Shown piece after piece: positions 37,866 through 47,364 of a DNA stretch of 64,000 nucleotides. Within the stretch, counting starts at the first letter, position 1. Every line of letters begins with the position of its first letter. The notes under the pieces are model-generated. The model ran no database searches. It saw only the letters and a list, made by a program, of their open reading frames with translations, and was not told where the DNA came from. Origin of the DNA: an uncultured virus (IMG/VR IMGVR_UViG_3300023033_000001) (lineage: Duplodnaviria > Heunggongvirae > Uroviricota > Caudoviricetes). The stretch lies in the IMG/VR virus record IMGVR_UViG_3300023033_000001; one strand, 5' to 3'. A program made the position numbers and the translations under genes.

Positions 37866-39545
37866 TCAAGACAACGACCAGTTTCCGTTAAGAAAATCGT
37901 TATACGAACCTATAAGACCCTTTCCTCCTTTTTCTGTGTTTTCTGCTGCTTCTTTCGTTGCTTTAGTTGAGGATTTATTACCGTTTTTGCTACGACTTTT
38001 TATTGTCTTTCCAAGACCTTTCTGCCAGAGTAATGATTTCTTAATATAGTCCATTCGGCTTCGGTCAATCTCTACGTAATCGCATGTGATGGATGATCTG
38101 CACTCCGCCCCCATCAGACGGTCAATCAGTGCAAGGTGGTCTTTGAAGAGCATAATTTTGTACGAATCGATTGTACCTTCTACTTCAAGCAGATACACAT
38201 GTTGTTTCTTGTATGCTGAATCGACGCGACAAATTCTACCGACTGTCTGAATAACATTCTGAACACTGAACGAGGTGTTAAACATGATAATGTTATTCGC
38301 TTTCTGCAGGTTTCGTGAAGCAGTACCTGATGAAGTCATAATTACAACGTCACGCGGTTGCATGATTACTTCAATCTCAGAACGTTTGTTTTCAGGGATT
38401 TCTCCTGACAGGATATGGACTGTATGGACGCCAAACTCTGTTCGGTGTTTCTCAACAAATTCACGGACAAGTTCTACGGTCTCAAGGTACTCGACATAAA
38501 TCAAACATGCCTCATTTCGGTTCATCACAAGTTTTAACGTTTCTGACAAGAGCTTGAATTTGTTTGAGACAAAACCCTCAGGCAACGACAAGGTATTACC
38601 ACCATCGTCTGTAATCGGATTGCCATCAACAACACGCTGCAAATCGTGAAGTCTTGCTCCCCAGTCCTTTTCATCCTTGGTCACCAGGAGACCCTGTGCA
38701 GCACTAACATAAGCATCTGAAAGTTCATCATCTAATATGGTCTTCAGAAACGAGTACTCTACATCATAAGTTTTTGCACCCTTGATAGTTAGCATGTCGA
38801 TGTACTTGTTCAGCTCTTCCATATTTTGGTAGCCAATGATTTCCTTGATTATACGCTTGTGCTGATACGGATTAAATGCCTGACCCTTTTTACGCATGTA
38901 AATCTCACGGTCTTTTGTCACACAATATCTGTCACGAAATGCGAACCATGAAGTAAACACACGAGGGAACGTGAAGTGGTACAGGTTATAAAGTCCCTCA
39001 ATGCTGTTTACGAGTGGTGTACCGGTTAAGCAGTACACGCCAATACATTTCTGACGTACTGACCATAACGACTTTGACAACTCACTCTTTTCGTTCTGCA
39101 AGCAATGTGCTTCATCTATGAACAGGTATGTCGGGAATGTTTCTGTTATTCGTAACAAAGCTGGAACAATCTGTTTCAGATAGGTATGTTCCACAATGAT
39201 GATTTCGTGGTTCATCACCTGTTCCCATGTTGCATCTTTGTTCTTTACCGTAAGCAAAAGGTATGGCTTTCCTATCTTCGTAACACACTCACGTTCATAC
39301 GCAATGGACGCAGCTTTCGGAACTGCAAAAATACATCTAACGGGTGCTTTAAACCCTTCAACGCCTTTAGCACAAAGCTCCATCGCATAATGCAGCGACA
39401 GAAGCGTTTTGCCGCAGCCACACTGTAACGCAATGACTGAAGACTTCATCTTTCTCAGCTTATCAAGAGCCGTTTCTTGTTCTTGATTCAACGAATATCC
39501 CGTGTATACCCACGTATCTCTAAAGTCAGTTTTTTTCTTTGCCAT
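37866..39545 (-). CDS. SNF2-family (SF2) helicase
   Basis: CGCGKT, FIDEAH, LTGTP.N, NLQKAN and QTVGRICR. Confidence 0.9.
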   Translation of the reverse strand: MAKKKTDFRDTWVYTGYSLNQEQETALDKLRKMKSSVIALQCGCGKTLLSLHYAMELCAKGVEGFKAPVRCIFAVPKAASIAYERECVTKIGKPYLLLTVKNKDATWEQVMNHEIIIVEHTYLKQIVPALLRITETFPTYLFIDEAHCLQNEKSELSKSLWSVRQKCIGVYCLTGTPLVNSIEGLYNLYHFTFPRVFTSWFAFRDRYCVTKDREIYMRKKGQAFNPYQHKRIIKEIIGYQNMEELNKYIDMLTIKGAKTYDVEYSFLKTILDDELSDAYVSAAQGLLVTKDEKDWGARLHDLQRVVDGNPITDDGGNTLSLPEGFVSNKFKLLSETLKLVMNRNEACLIYVEYLETVELVREFVEKHRTEFGVHTVHILSGEIPENKRSEIEVIMQPRDVVIMTSSGTASRNLQKANNIIMFNTSFSVQNVIQTVGRICRVDSAYKKQHVYLLEVEGTIDSYKIMLFKDHLALIDRLMGAECRSSITCDYVEIDRSRMDYIKKSLLWQKGLGKTIKSRSKNGNKSSTKATKEAAENTEKGGKGLIGSYNDFLNGNWSLS

Positions 39546-39565
39546 GTTGTTTCCTACCTATATGA

Positions 39566-40189
39566 TCACCAGTCCGCATTAAACACAACGCATTCAGTAT
39601 CCCAATCAATATCTCTAAGTATGGAACGAATACCTGTGAGCAGTTTCGACACATGGTCGAAGTGTGAATCAGAACACCTACAAGGAAATGCTTTGTTTGT
39701 TATTCGGTTGACATTACCATGAATACGATTTTTTGTTTTTTCGTCTGCGGTCACCGTGTACGAAATCAAAACACCAAAATCATCATATCCTAACACACAA
39801 CCTTTCTGATTCTTTAAGTATTTCTCTATATCAATCAGGCATTTTTTAGCACTGTCAAGAAGTTCCTCACATTGTGCTCGTGTGATGACCATATCTTTTG
39901 CATAATAATCGTCATCATACCCAAAGAACTCCAAAAGAAAATGGAACTTACGAAAGTAAAGAGCTTCAGAATCAAACGTCTCTGTAGAGTCACATGAAGC
40001 ATTAAACTGAGAGAGAGCTTTGAACAAAGCTAGCTCTAGAGTACAGTCATTATTCTCTGCCCATACTTTAAGACGACCAAGTTCGTACAGAACACCTGCG
40101 TCATTCAATGAACAGGTCAATAAATCAGGATTGAACGGTTCAGAAGAAACGACTCTAGGCTTAACATAAAAATAAGCATCAAGACCCAT
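39566..40189 (-). CDS. Hypothetical protein (MGLD...YFRK...W type)
   Basis: 207-aa ORF. Confidence 0.7.
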   Translation of the reverse strand: MGLDAYFYVKPRVVSSEPFNPDLLTCSLNDAGVLYELGRLKVWAENNDCTLELALFKALSQFNASCDSTETFDSEALYFRKFHFLLEFFGYDDDYYAKDMVITRAQCEELLDSAKKCLIDIEKYLKNQKGCVLGYDDFGVLISYTVTADEKTKNRIHGNVNRITNKAFPCRCSDSHFDHVSKLLTGIRSILRDIDWDTECVVFNADW

Positions 40190-40199
40190 AGTTCACATC

Positions 40200-40664
40200 T
40201 CACATGTCTCTGTAATTGTCTTCACCACGAACACTTCGGCAGACCTCCTCATAATTTTCAATGCCAAAACCACATTCGTACACTTCAAACACTTGCACAT
40301 GTGTGTCTTTAAGACGACGTTGAAGTGACCGAGGAAGCTCCGAAAACGTGTGCTGCGAGGGTTCCTTGAAAAACCGGCAATCCGTAAGTGCAAAGTCACC
40401 ACGTAAGTATTTACGAAGAATGGCGAATCGTTTCTTGCCGTCCACCACTTCATACGGTCTGTCTTTTCCTTTGAGATTTGGATTCTCACCGATAACGAAT
40501 GGAATTACCGATGTGTCAATCAGAAGACTTTCGATGTAACAGGTAAAGTCCTCAAGATGATAACCTTGCAGAACGTCTTCATCTGGATCAACGATGTAAG
40601 ACGTATTAAGTAACTGATCAACCGTCATTTCCATTCGTTCGACTCTCACATTAGGAACAATCAT
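40200..40664 (-). CDS. DUF262 (ParB/Srx-fold) domain protein
   Basis: IESLL....IP...YEVVDGKKRF and FSELP..LQRR. Confidence 0.75.
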   Translation of the reverse strand: MIVPNVRVERMEMTVDQLLNTSYIVDPDEDVLQGYHLEDFTCYIESLLIDTSVIPFVIGENPNLKGKDRPYEVVDGKKRFAILRKYLRGDFALTDCRFFKEPSQHTFSELPRSLQRRLKDTHVQVFEVYECGFGIENYEEVCRSVRGEDNYRDM

Positions 40665-41264
40665 TTAATCCACTCCATTTTTATTTGGAACAACTTCGCC
40701 ATAAGAAAGCGTATGTGCAGGGTCAAGATACCATACAAGCATATCGAGTGAAACCTTTGCAAGATAAACGCAAACCTTGTTGAACTTTTCAAGATTACCA
40801 AACCCCATTCCGATGACATAACGCATTGCACTGATGCAACGCGTGCTTTCTTCTGGATTGCTAGATTCTGGCAAATCAGGTGCATCTGGAAGAGACGAAA
40901 TCGCTTCATATGCATCACTATACAGTGCCTTTGAACAGATGCCTTCTGGCGTCAGCTCCGATAACGTGTTAATGAGATGATCCATGAAGGGGACAAAACC
41001 GTCCTTATTGATGGCTTCAAGAAACACTTGCTTGTCTAACGGTTTTACGCCATAGCACGTCACGTACTTGCCTCTACGTTTCTCCACTCTCGATGTAATG
41101 CGTTCGGAATAGGTGGCCTGTTCAATGGCAACCCATCTATTATCGAGAACGGAAAGCATGTCGATGATGGTTGGAAACACCCATACGATAAAACGTCTGT
41201 ATTCAAGCTGTGACAGCTGTCTCATAATTAACTCCCTTTGCAGTCCAACTGTAAACACGACCAT
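40665..41264 (-). CDS. Hypothetical protein
   Basis: ORF of up to 199 aa within the minus-strand operon. Confidence 0.55.
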   Translation of the reverse strand: MVVFTVGLQRELIMRQLSQLEYRRFIVWVFPTIIDMLSVLDNRWVAIEQATYSERITSRVEKRRGKYVTCYGVKPLDKQVFLEAINKDGFVPFMDHLINTLSELTPEGICSKALYSDAYEAISSLPDAPDLPESSNPEESTRCISAMRYVIGMGFGNLEKFNKVCVYLAKVSLDMLVWYLDPAHTLSYGEVVPNKNGVD

Positions 41265-41583
41265 TCTTCACGATGTCGCCATTTCCAAGTTTTATTTCGA
41301 CGATTTGACCGGCATACTTTTGCATTACACTCTTGATGCATTCAAGCTGCTTGCGTGAAAACGAACCGCGTTCGTTATACTGGTTCACAAGACTGGTACA
41401 GAACTCTGCATCATGCTTATTGAATCCTACGCCATTATTAAACGACGTAACAGAGTTGTCCTGTTCCGAGGCTTCCTGATACGCATAGACGAATAACAAC
41501 GCATGAATTGCTGTATCGTCCTTCTCGGAAATTTGGGTTTTGAGTTTCGTGACAATTTCTTTTTTGCTTGTGAATGTAGCCAT
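41203..41583 (-). CDS. Conserved-looking small phage protein
   Basis: ALL.VY..Q...EQ....T...NGVGFN..DA...S......S.KQ pattern; AGGAG SD; promoter box upstream. Confidence 0.75.
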   Translation of the reverse strand: MATFTSKKEIVTKLKTQISEKDDTAIHALLFVYAYQEASEQDNSVTSFNNGVGFNKHDAEFCTSLVNQYNERGSFSRKQLECIKSVMQKYAGQIVEIKLGNGDIVKNGRVYSWTAKGVNYETAVTA

Positions 41584-41674
41584 GTGTTTGTCTCCTAATG
41601 GCGAAACGGTTTATCGACAAACACATGTATAACACTCCCAACCTGTCAGAGGATGCACAGCACCATGACAAAGA

Positions 41675-42289
41675 TCATACGGATTCCGTTATCATGTCAT
41701 GCGGAAACCTACAGTTAAATTCGACCCCTAAAAATTCACCTTCGTTACCGTTGTAACGCACATAGCTCTTATAGTTAGCTGGGTACACGTCTTGTAGATT
41801 ATACGTCCGAACAGTTTCACCGGTTTCTCCATTGATTGCAAACAAACGTGCCTTTCCTACGTGATCCATTGGTTTGTCATGGTAGTCATAAAACCACTTC
41901 TTCAATTGAGAATCTTGCTCACAGATAGCTTTGAACTTCATATAACTGAACAAGTGACCGTATAATTTACAAGTTTGACCAGTTCCTTGTACGTCATACA
42001 CATCATAAATAATCGAATTGTCCATCCCGTCTTTTTCAAACTTAACACAAAACACAGTCTGATGACTGTATCTTACATTAGACGGAGTATACGTCTCTTT
42101 CACATCGTCCAGACGACACCATGCTTTAACCTCATGTGGTTCATATTGTGAACTCCACCTATACTGATACCAATGATTGTTTCTCCATTCTGCCTCAGAG
42201 ATGTTGCCCTTATCCGTCAGAATAATGTAGCTGCCGGACTCATCACCGGGTGTCTGTTTACCGTCATACCATGTAATTCCCATTGTCAC
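41675..42289 (-). CDS. Hypothetical protein
   Basis: 204-aa ORF. Confidence 0.65.
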   Translation of the reverse strand: MTMGITWYDGKQTPGDESGSYIILTDKGNISEAEWRNNHWYQYRWSSQYEPHEVKAWCRLDDVKETYTPSNVRYSHQTVFCVKFEKDGMDNSIIYDVYDVQGTGQTCKLYGHLFSYMKFKAICEQDSQLKKWFYDYHDKPMDHVGKARLFAINGETGETVRTYNLQDVYPANYKSYVRYNGNEGEFLGVEFNCRFPHDMITESV

Positions 42290-42321
42290 TCTCCAACTAT
42301 CGTAGTTTGGTTATTATCCTG

Positions 42322-42888
42322 CTAGTCCCACATGTCTAAATAATTTTCAGCGAGAAGCGAGAACCCTTCTTTTCGGATTCGATTATGCTCTTTCCATAAT
42401 GATTCATCTGTGTCCTCTGTCTGGCCAGTCATATCAGAAAGAGATACTTCAAAAGCCATCTTTATCTTATTCAATACCTCATGCCATGTTTCAGGAGTCA
42501 TTCCTGCTTTGTAACTCGCACCTTTTCTAATCCATACGTCCAAAGCAGGAATCGCAAATTCTGCCAAAGCACACCCGAACTCCCAACATGCGTATGGCGT
42601 AGGATATCCTTCCAACATGCAGAAGACAAAATCCATCGGATACCACAAGTCTCCGTCCTGTGCGGTTATTTCATGACACGTATCGTGAAGTGTCCATTTC
42701 GGAAACCAGGCATCCTCTTCAAGGTCGTCATCAGACGGAAACGTGTACGAACAAATGACCGTTTGACCGTCACTTAAACGAACCATGAATTTGCCGAAAT
42801 AAGGATTCCTATCGTCATTGAGTTCTGTTTTTACCTTGTACGGTCTTTCCTCTGAAAACTTTTTCCACTTGAATTGCTCAAGAGACAT
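42322..42888 (-). CDS. Hypothetical protein
   Basis: W.EVL.KI..AFE...EGF.LLAE....MWD C-terminus. Confidence 0.7.
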   Translation of the reverse strand: MSLEQFKWKKFSEERPYKVKTELNDDRNPYFGKFMVRLSDGQTVICSYTFPSDDDLEEDAWFPKWTLHDTCHEITAQDGDLWYPMDFVFCMLEGYPTPYACWEFGCALAEFAIPALDVWIRKGASYKAGMTPETWHEVLNKIKMAFEVSLSDMTGQTEDTDESLWKEHNRIRKEGFSLLAENYLDMWD

Positions 42889-43203
42889 ATTACACTATCC
42901 AATAAGTTATGTTGTCGTACATCATGCAAGGAACTTGGATGTCATATTCTTTCATATCCGCACCAATCCAATCCCATGTTTCTCTCTCCCCTTGTGTATT
43001 GCGTGTGGGCAACAGACGTTGCCCACGAGTCCTTATCGTTTCAGCAGAATGGCATTCCCATATTGGGCTATGTTCTTTTCAGCAAAGTAGTTATCCTTGC
43101 CCCATGCATCTGTCATATGAAGTTTAATCGGTTCGGCTTTATACCCATTCACCATCAAAGCGGCGATAAGGCATGTTTTCGCCTCAACCGTAATAACCAC
43201 TTC

Positions 43204-43241
43204 GTGAACTACCCACCCGCTTTAGCGGGTGGGTAGTTCAC
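43204..43241. mobile_element. Perfect 38-bp RE-RE palindrome
   Basis: GTGAACTACCCACCCGC-TTTA-GCGGGTGGGTAGTTCAC. Confidence 0.85.
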
Positions 43242-43245
43242 ACAC

Positions 43246-44250
43246 TTAAAATGTGTGTATTTCAAGGGGAGTTATCATCTCACGCAATTCTTCACCTTGA
43301 GTGATAGCATTAATGTATTTGTCCCCAAATTGCCTTAGCAGTTTTAAGCACAAATCCAAACATTTTATTACATCATTTGGAAATTCGTTTATGTCATCTT
43401 CATAAAAAGCATTACCAATAGATTCAATGTAATTTTTGGATGTTTTCACAAGGTCAACAGAACTATTTGTAGTCTGCTCCAAGACACGTGTTAAAACTTT
43501 AGTGACACTCTTTTGAGTGTGTGAGTTCAAATCGATTTCATCAGGGAAAACGTTTGCATATTTTTGAAAGTCTGAATAGCTCATGGAGACACCAAGAATG
43601 TCTAAAACTGAGGTGTTCACTCTATCGAACAAGTCTTGATTCTTAAATCCATATATCACCTTTCGGTGCTTCGTTGTGTCTTCAAGACCTATCTGCCTAA
43701 AATAATGAACACCGTCTTCGTCAAGTTCAAGTTGATCATGTTTATTTAAAATTTCTTCTGCATAAATATTTGGGATTGGATATCCGTTATATTTTTTCAT
43801 CAAATATTCAACTTTGCCACTGACTTCTGCCCAATACCATCCTTCATAGTTTTTGATATCGTATCGGATCAGGGCTCTAGCGAACTCACCAGAACCCTTT
43901 ATGTCCATATTTTTAGCGAGTGCAATGTTTTTATAACTACCATCTACAATTCGGAACACTTCTAATGCCATTATATCATTCTGGTGATTAGAAAGCTCAG
44001 ACTCTTCGTAAGTGGTTGATGTGATTACCCTAAGTAATTTAGCACTTTTTAGAAACTTTTTTGGGTTGCTTGTTCCCAAATAACCACCAATTGACGCATA
44101 AGCCTTTTCAATAATATCACGCATTTTAACGAAAAATGTTTCAACATCTGGCGGTGTAATATCATAGATTGCACAAATTTCCCATTGCACATGACTTATG
44201 GATTCCCCATAAGTCGAAGTGTGATGTCTGTTTTTTCTAATCAGTGCCAT
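43246..44250 (-). CDS. Hypothetical protein with a basic leader; AT-rich
   Basis: 334 aa; MALIRKNR...YGES; has its own promoter box at 44364-44372. Confidence 0.75.
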   Translation of the reverse strand: MALIRKNRHHTSTYGESISHVQWEICAIYDITPPDVETFFVKMRDIIEKAYASIGGYLGTSNPKKFLKSAKLLRVITSTTYEESELSNHQNDIMALEVFRIVDGSYKNIALAKNMDIKGSGEFARALIRYDIKNYEGWYWAEVSGKVEYLMKKYNGYPIPNIYAEEILNKHDQLELDEDGVHYFRQIGLEDTTKHRKVIYGFKNQDLFDRVNTSVLDILGVSMSYSDFQKYANVFPDEIDLNSHTQKSVTKVLTRVLEQTTNSSVDLVKTSKNYIESIGNAFYEDDINEFPNDVIKCLDLCLKLLRQFGDKYINAITQGEELREMITPLEIHTF

Positions 44251-44390
44251 ATCGCTACCTCACTTCATTTAAGATAAAAGTCTCGATAGCAACCTTTCCA
44301 ACCATTTCAATGTTGCTATCATCACACGATCTTATAGCACACTATTTCTTACAGTATCTCTAACAGCACCACGAAACAAAAAGTCTCCTA

Positions 44391-44412
44391 CTTTAGGCGG
44401 TGGGTAGTTCAC
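44391..44412 (+). mobile_element. Half-hairpin RE remnant between divergent promoter boxes
   Basis: CTTTAGGCGGTGGGTAGTTCAC. Confidence 0.75.
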
Positions 44413-44550
44413 GTAATAATGATAGCTGCACTTTCTTTTGGTGTGGTGCTGGAAAAAGGACGTTCGACTTCTGTGATATAGTAGTGTGAGTATGTAGCAA
44501 CTGTGGGTGGTACGGTTGCTGTCGAATGGAAGTAATCCTAATATCTGGAT

Positions 44551-44931
44551 GTGTTGATTATGCGAAAACGTGATCGTTCAAACGCTTTTGAAATGACAAC
44601 TTTGAGAAAAGCACGTTCTGGCTTGCCGGTAAACATATACCTGGACGACAGTGGATCTTATCTTAATTGTGATTATGAACCTAGAATCCAATTTCAACCA
44701 AATAAAGGAAACTGTCCGGACATTCGTTCTCTGATACCTATGACAATTTCAGACGAACCTACTATTCCGATAAAGAATTATCAGTCACGGTTAAATGGTG
44801 TTGGAAGTAATGACATCTCTTTGATTATGTCATTCGTCATTGCAAACAAAACAAATCTTCTCAGATTATGTGACCGTAATGATGAATACGATATCTCCAA
44901 TTTTTTGGATGACATGGTTAAAGTCTCGTGA
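44551..44931 (+). CDS. Hypothetical protein (EM..L....GLPVNI type)
   Basis: 126 aa; the TGA stop lies within GTGAATTACCC. Confidence 0.7.
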   Translation: MLIMRKRDRSNAFEMTTLRKARSGLPVNIYLDDSGSYLNCDYEPRIQFQPNKGNCPDIRSLIPMTISDEPTIPIKNYQSRLNGVGSNDISLIMSFVIANKTNLLRLCDRNDEYDISNFLDDMVKVS

Positions 44932-44962
44932 ATTACCCACCGTCTTTAGCGGGTGGGATTCA
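44928..44962 (-). mobile_element. RE hairpin copy
   Basis: GTGAATTACCCACCGTCTTTAGCGGGTGGGATTCA. Confidence 0.75.
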
Positions 44963-44988
44963 AAACAGAGTATCTGGTGAGGTGTTGC

Positions 44989-45972
44989 ATGTTTCGTTCA
45001 TTTGAATCAGTTAAAATTGATGATCCTGTACTTGAACTTGAATGGGAAGACCTGTCATTGATTGGCGGAGCTACTGGTCTTGCCCTAAGTCTTAAAAACA
45101 GTCTTTCGAAGTTCCTAAGAAATTATGGAGAACACGACATTCTTGAAGACTTATATCATGCAGTGGCGCTTGGTCTTAGTAATCTCCAAGAAATCGGTAT
45201 GTTTGACGGTTTTTTGTCAAATCCTAATATTGAGTTTCGTGGAAAGACTAATATTTCCATACAGAATAAACTTGATAGACATCACATACATTCAGCAGGT
45301 CGTCCTCTTGAAAAGGTCTTTAACGACTTGATTGGTATTAGAATTATCGTAGAAGATTATTCAGTATGGGAATCTGTAAAACATAAGTTTGATTCATCGG
45401 TGTGTACTGTCGTTGACATGAGATGCGGAAAGTTCCCTGATGATGGTTACAGAGCTGTTCACGTTTACTTCCAAGCTGATCACTTGCATTATCCTGTTGA
45501 ACTTCAATTCGTGTCTGAGCATGACAGTCAGTTCAACGCATGGCAACACGACCATGCATATAAGTCATCATGGTTTGCTCCTTCTGTAGGAAAGAAATTG
45601 CGTGAGTTATACGATGACTGGAAAATTCAGACAGAGGATGAGTATGTGTCAGAGCTCACTAAACTGTCATCAATGGTTACGTACTCAGAAAAAAGGACGT
45701 GGGAAGGTACGAAACTTGTTGCGTGCAGATTCGGTATAAAGGGGTGTATAGGGTACATGCCTGAAACGATTCACGAGTTAATGTACCTTTATCGTGAACT
45801 TTGTCCCTATTGTAGAAGACAGATTCCAACAGTCGATGTAACTGTCGTTAAGGGAGAGAGTTATGCTGAGTTTAGTCCATGTACGATCTACGCTACCTAT
45901 ACTGATTTTTATGCGGCGATATTCCATGATTTGTTAAGAAAACCTGAACGGCACTCACGGTGTACACCATGA
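44989..45972 (+). CDS. RelA/SpoT nucleotidyltransferase-domain protein (small alarmone synthetase-like)
   Basis: NDLIGIRII, DDGYRAVHVY and PVELQ; GAGGTG SD before ATG 44989. Confidence 0.8.
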   Translation: MFRSFESVKIDDPVLELEWEDLSLIGGATGLALSLKNSLSKFLRNYGEHDILEDLYHAVALGLSNLQEIGMFDGFLSNPNIEFRGKTNISIQNKLDRHHIHSAGRPLEKVFNDLIGIRIIVEDYSVWESVKHKFDSSVCTVVDMRCGKFPDDGYRAVHVYFQADHLHYPVELQFVSEHDSQFNAWQHDHAYKSSWFAPSVGKKLRELYDDWKIQTEDEYVSELTKLSSMVTYSEKRTWEGTKLVACRFGIKGCIGYMPETIHELMYLYRELCPYCRRQIPTVDVTVVKGESYAEFSPCTIYATYTDFYAAIFHDLLRKPERHSRCTP

Positions 45973-46000
45973 ACTACCCACCCGCTAAAGGCGGTTGGTA
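45970..46000 (-). mobile_element. RE hairpin copy
   Basis: TGAACTACCCACCCGCTAAAGGCGGTTGGTA; its TGA is the stop of the RelA/SpoT gene. Confidence 0.75.
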
Positions 46001-46040
46001 TGAATTAGGATATTAAGGTGACATGGAGACATTAAAGACA

Positions 46041-46072
46041 TCGTTACCACCGCCTAAAGGCGGTGGTAACGA
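46041..46072. repeat. Palindrome of the same hairpin family
   Basis: TCGTTACCACCGCC-TAAA-GGCGGTGGTAACGA. Confidence 0.75.
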
Positions 46073-46421
46073 GTGCCTTCGAGACACAATGATTAACATC
46101 ATTCATCCACCAATTTATCGTTATTCACTCTTCTTCAATCTTCTTCAATCTTATTCTACTTGATGATGTGCCACGAGTCTGCAATTCTGTACTCAGTTCT
46201 TTGTACTGTTCCGAAATGAGTATTTACTTTGTGGATTCTCTTCGGTTCGCTAGCTTTAGTAGAGCAAAGAGGATCAAACATACCGTAACGGCTATCATGG
46301 ATTCTATAATAGATTCTATCGTCCACATGTCTCTCCTACATTAGGCAATTAACAAATTTTAAATCTAAACACAATTTGAAACGACCCGTGATAGAATCCA
46401 CTACTCAAGCACGAATAAGAG

Positions 46422-46862
46422 TTACATGTTCTGTTTTTGTTCGGTTGCAATGGAAACTCCACCCAACGTGTTAGCCCAATTCTCAGGGAAATGACAGTAA
46501 TACCAGAGGATACTGTAATTCCCTTTCCGTCTTCTCCAATAGAGAATAACTGATGGAATAGCTACCACAAATAAGTAAAGAGGACCCAAAAACAAAGACT
46601 GAACACTGTGACCTGACTCATGCCTTAATATGTCTTCCTTAGAATCCTTGTGCGTGAAAATAAAAGGTCCCAATGACCAACACGTGTGCCAAGGATGTTT
46701 AACCCTCCACACGGTCATACCTGTATGTTCATTTTTCCAAGGTTCGATATCATGGAGTACTATTAAAACGAGCAAGGCAGCAATCACTTGTGGTAACTGC
46801 CATAAAAACAAAAGCCATACAACAGGGGAACTCAAGTTCGCATAATTGAAATCTGCTTTCAT
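46422..46862 (-). CDS. Membrane protein with an HExxH motif
   Basis: WQLPQ, SLGPFIF and RHESGHSVQS..LGPLYL. Confidence 0.75.
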   Translation of the reverse strand: MKADFNYANLSSPVVWLLFLWQLPQVIAALLVLIVLHDIEPWKNEHTGMTVWRVKHPWHTCWSLGPFIFTHKDSKEDILRHESGHSVQSLFLGPLYLFVVAIPSVILYWRRRKGNYSILWYYCHFPENWANTLGGVSIATEQKQNM

Positions 46863-46905
46863 AATGAAAAATCCTATTATGCCCCTGTAAGTACAACTGT
46901 TTGAT

Positions 46906-46954
46906 AATGATGCGAGCCGCAAACCCACAGGCTAAATCCGCGTTGGTAGTTCAC
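46906..46954 (+). mobile_element. 49-bp LE-RE mini-element (degenerate stem)
   Basis: TTGAT|AATGATGCGAGCCGCAAACCCACAGGCTAAATCCGCGTTGGTAGTTCAC. Confidence 0.7.
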
Positions 46955-47018
46955 CGCATAGAAAAAGAGCTCACAGAATACTTTCCATGAGCTCTATCAG
47001 ATGTATCAACAAACTAAC

Positions 47019-47359
47019 GTCAACTACCCACCGCCTTTAGGCGGTGGGCTTGTAACTGACCCGTAGCTCTTGGTCGAGTGTTTGACACTCTACTACGTTT
47101 TTTACCAACTTTCTTTTCAGAAGATTGGCTGTCGTTACATCGTGGGGTGATTGACTGCACCCCGTAGGCTTGAATCATGTTCAAGACCCACTTAAACTTG
47201 AATCTTGGTGTTTAAGTTCAGAGAGTGCCTTCAGTCCAAGTACCAAACGGTTTTCTCTCAAAACCTTAAATACAAAATATCACTTAACAAAGCAAGCAAG
47301 ATTTTTAGTTGGCTCGCTTACCCACGGGCTTTAGCCCGTGGGCTTCCGCTCGCCTTATG
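47019..47359 (-). mobile_element. 341-bp non-autonomous IS605-type element (LE, promoter, reRNA-like scaffold, RE)
   Basis: TTCAC|CATAAGGCGAGCGGAAGCCCACGGGC... LE; TTGCTT-N17-TATTTA; GGGGTGCAGTCAATCACCCC hairpin; ends ACAAGCCCACCGCCTAAAGGCGGTGGGTAGTTGAC. Confidence 0.8.
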
Positions 47360-47364
47360 GTGAA

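Noticed and set aside
42874..43236. ORFs in this gap
   Set aside because: Only short broken frames on either strand; possibly a decayed gene, but not supportable.
43204..47050. CRISPR array formed by the hairpin repeats
   Set aside because: Spacing is irregular and gene-sized, orientation varies, and the sequence matches IS605 ends.
47019..47200. HEARO / IscB omega-RNA on the + strand (begins GTCAACTACCC, contains CTACGTT)
   Set aside because: No IscB/HNH ORF follows. The minus-strand reading (LE, promoter, tnpB-type 3' scaffold, RE) explains the whole element. An Rfam scan would settle it.
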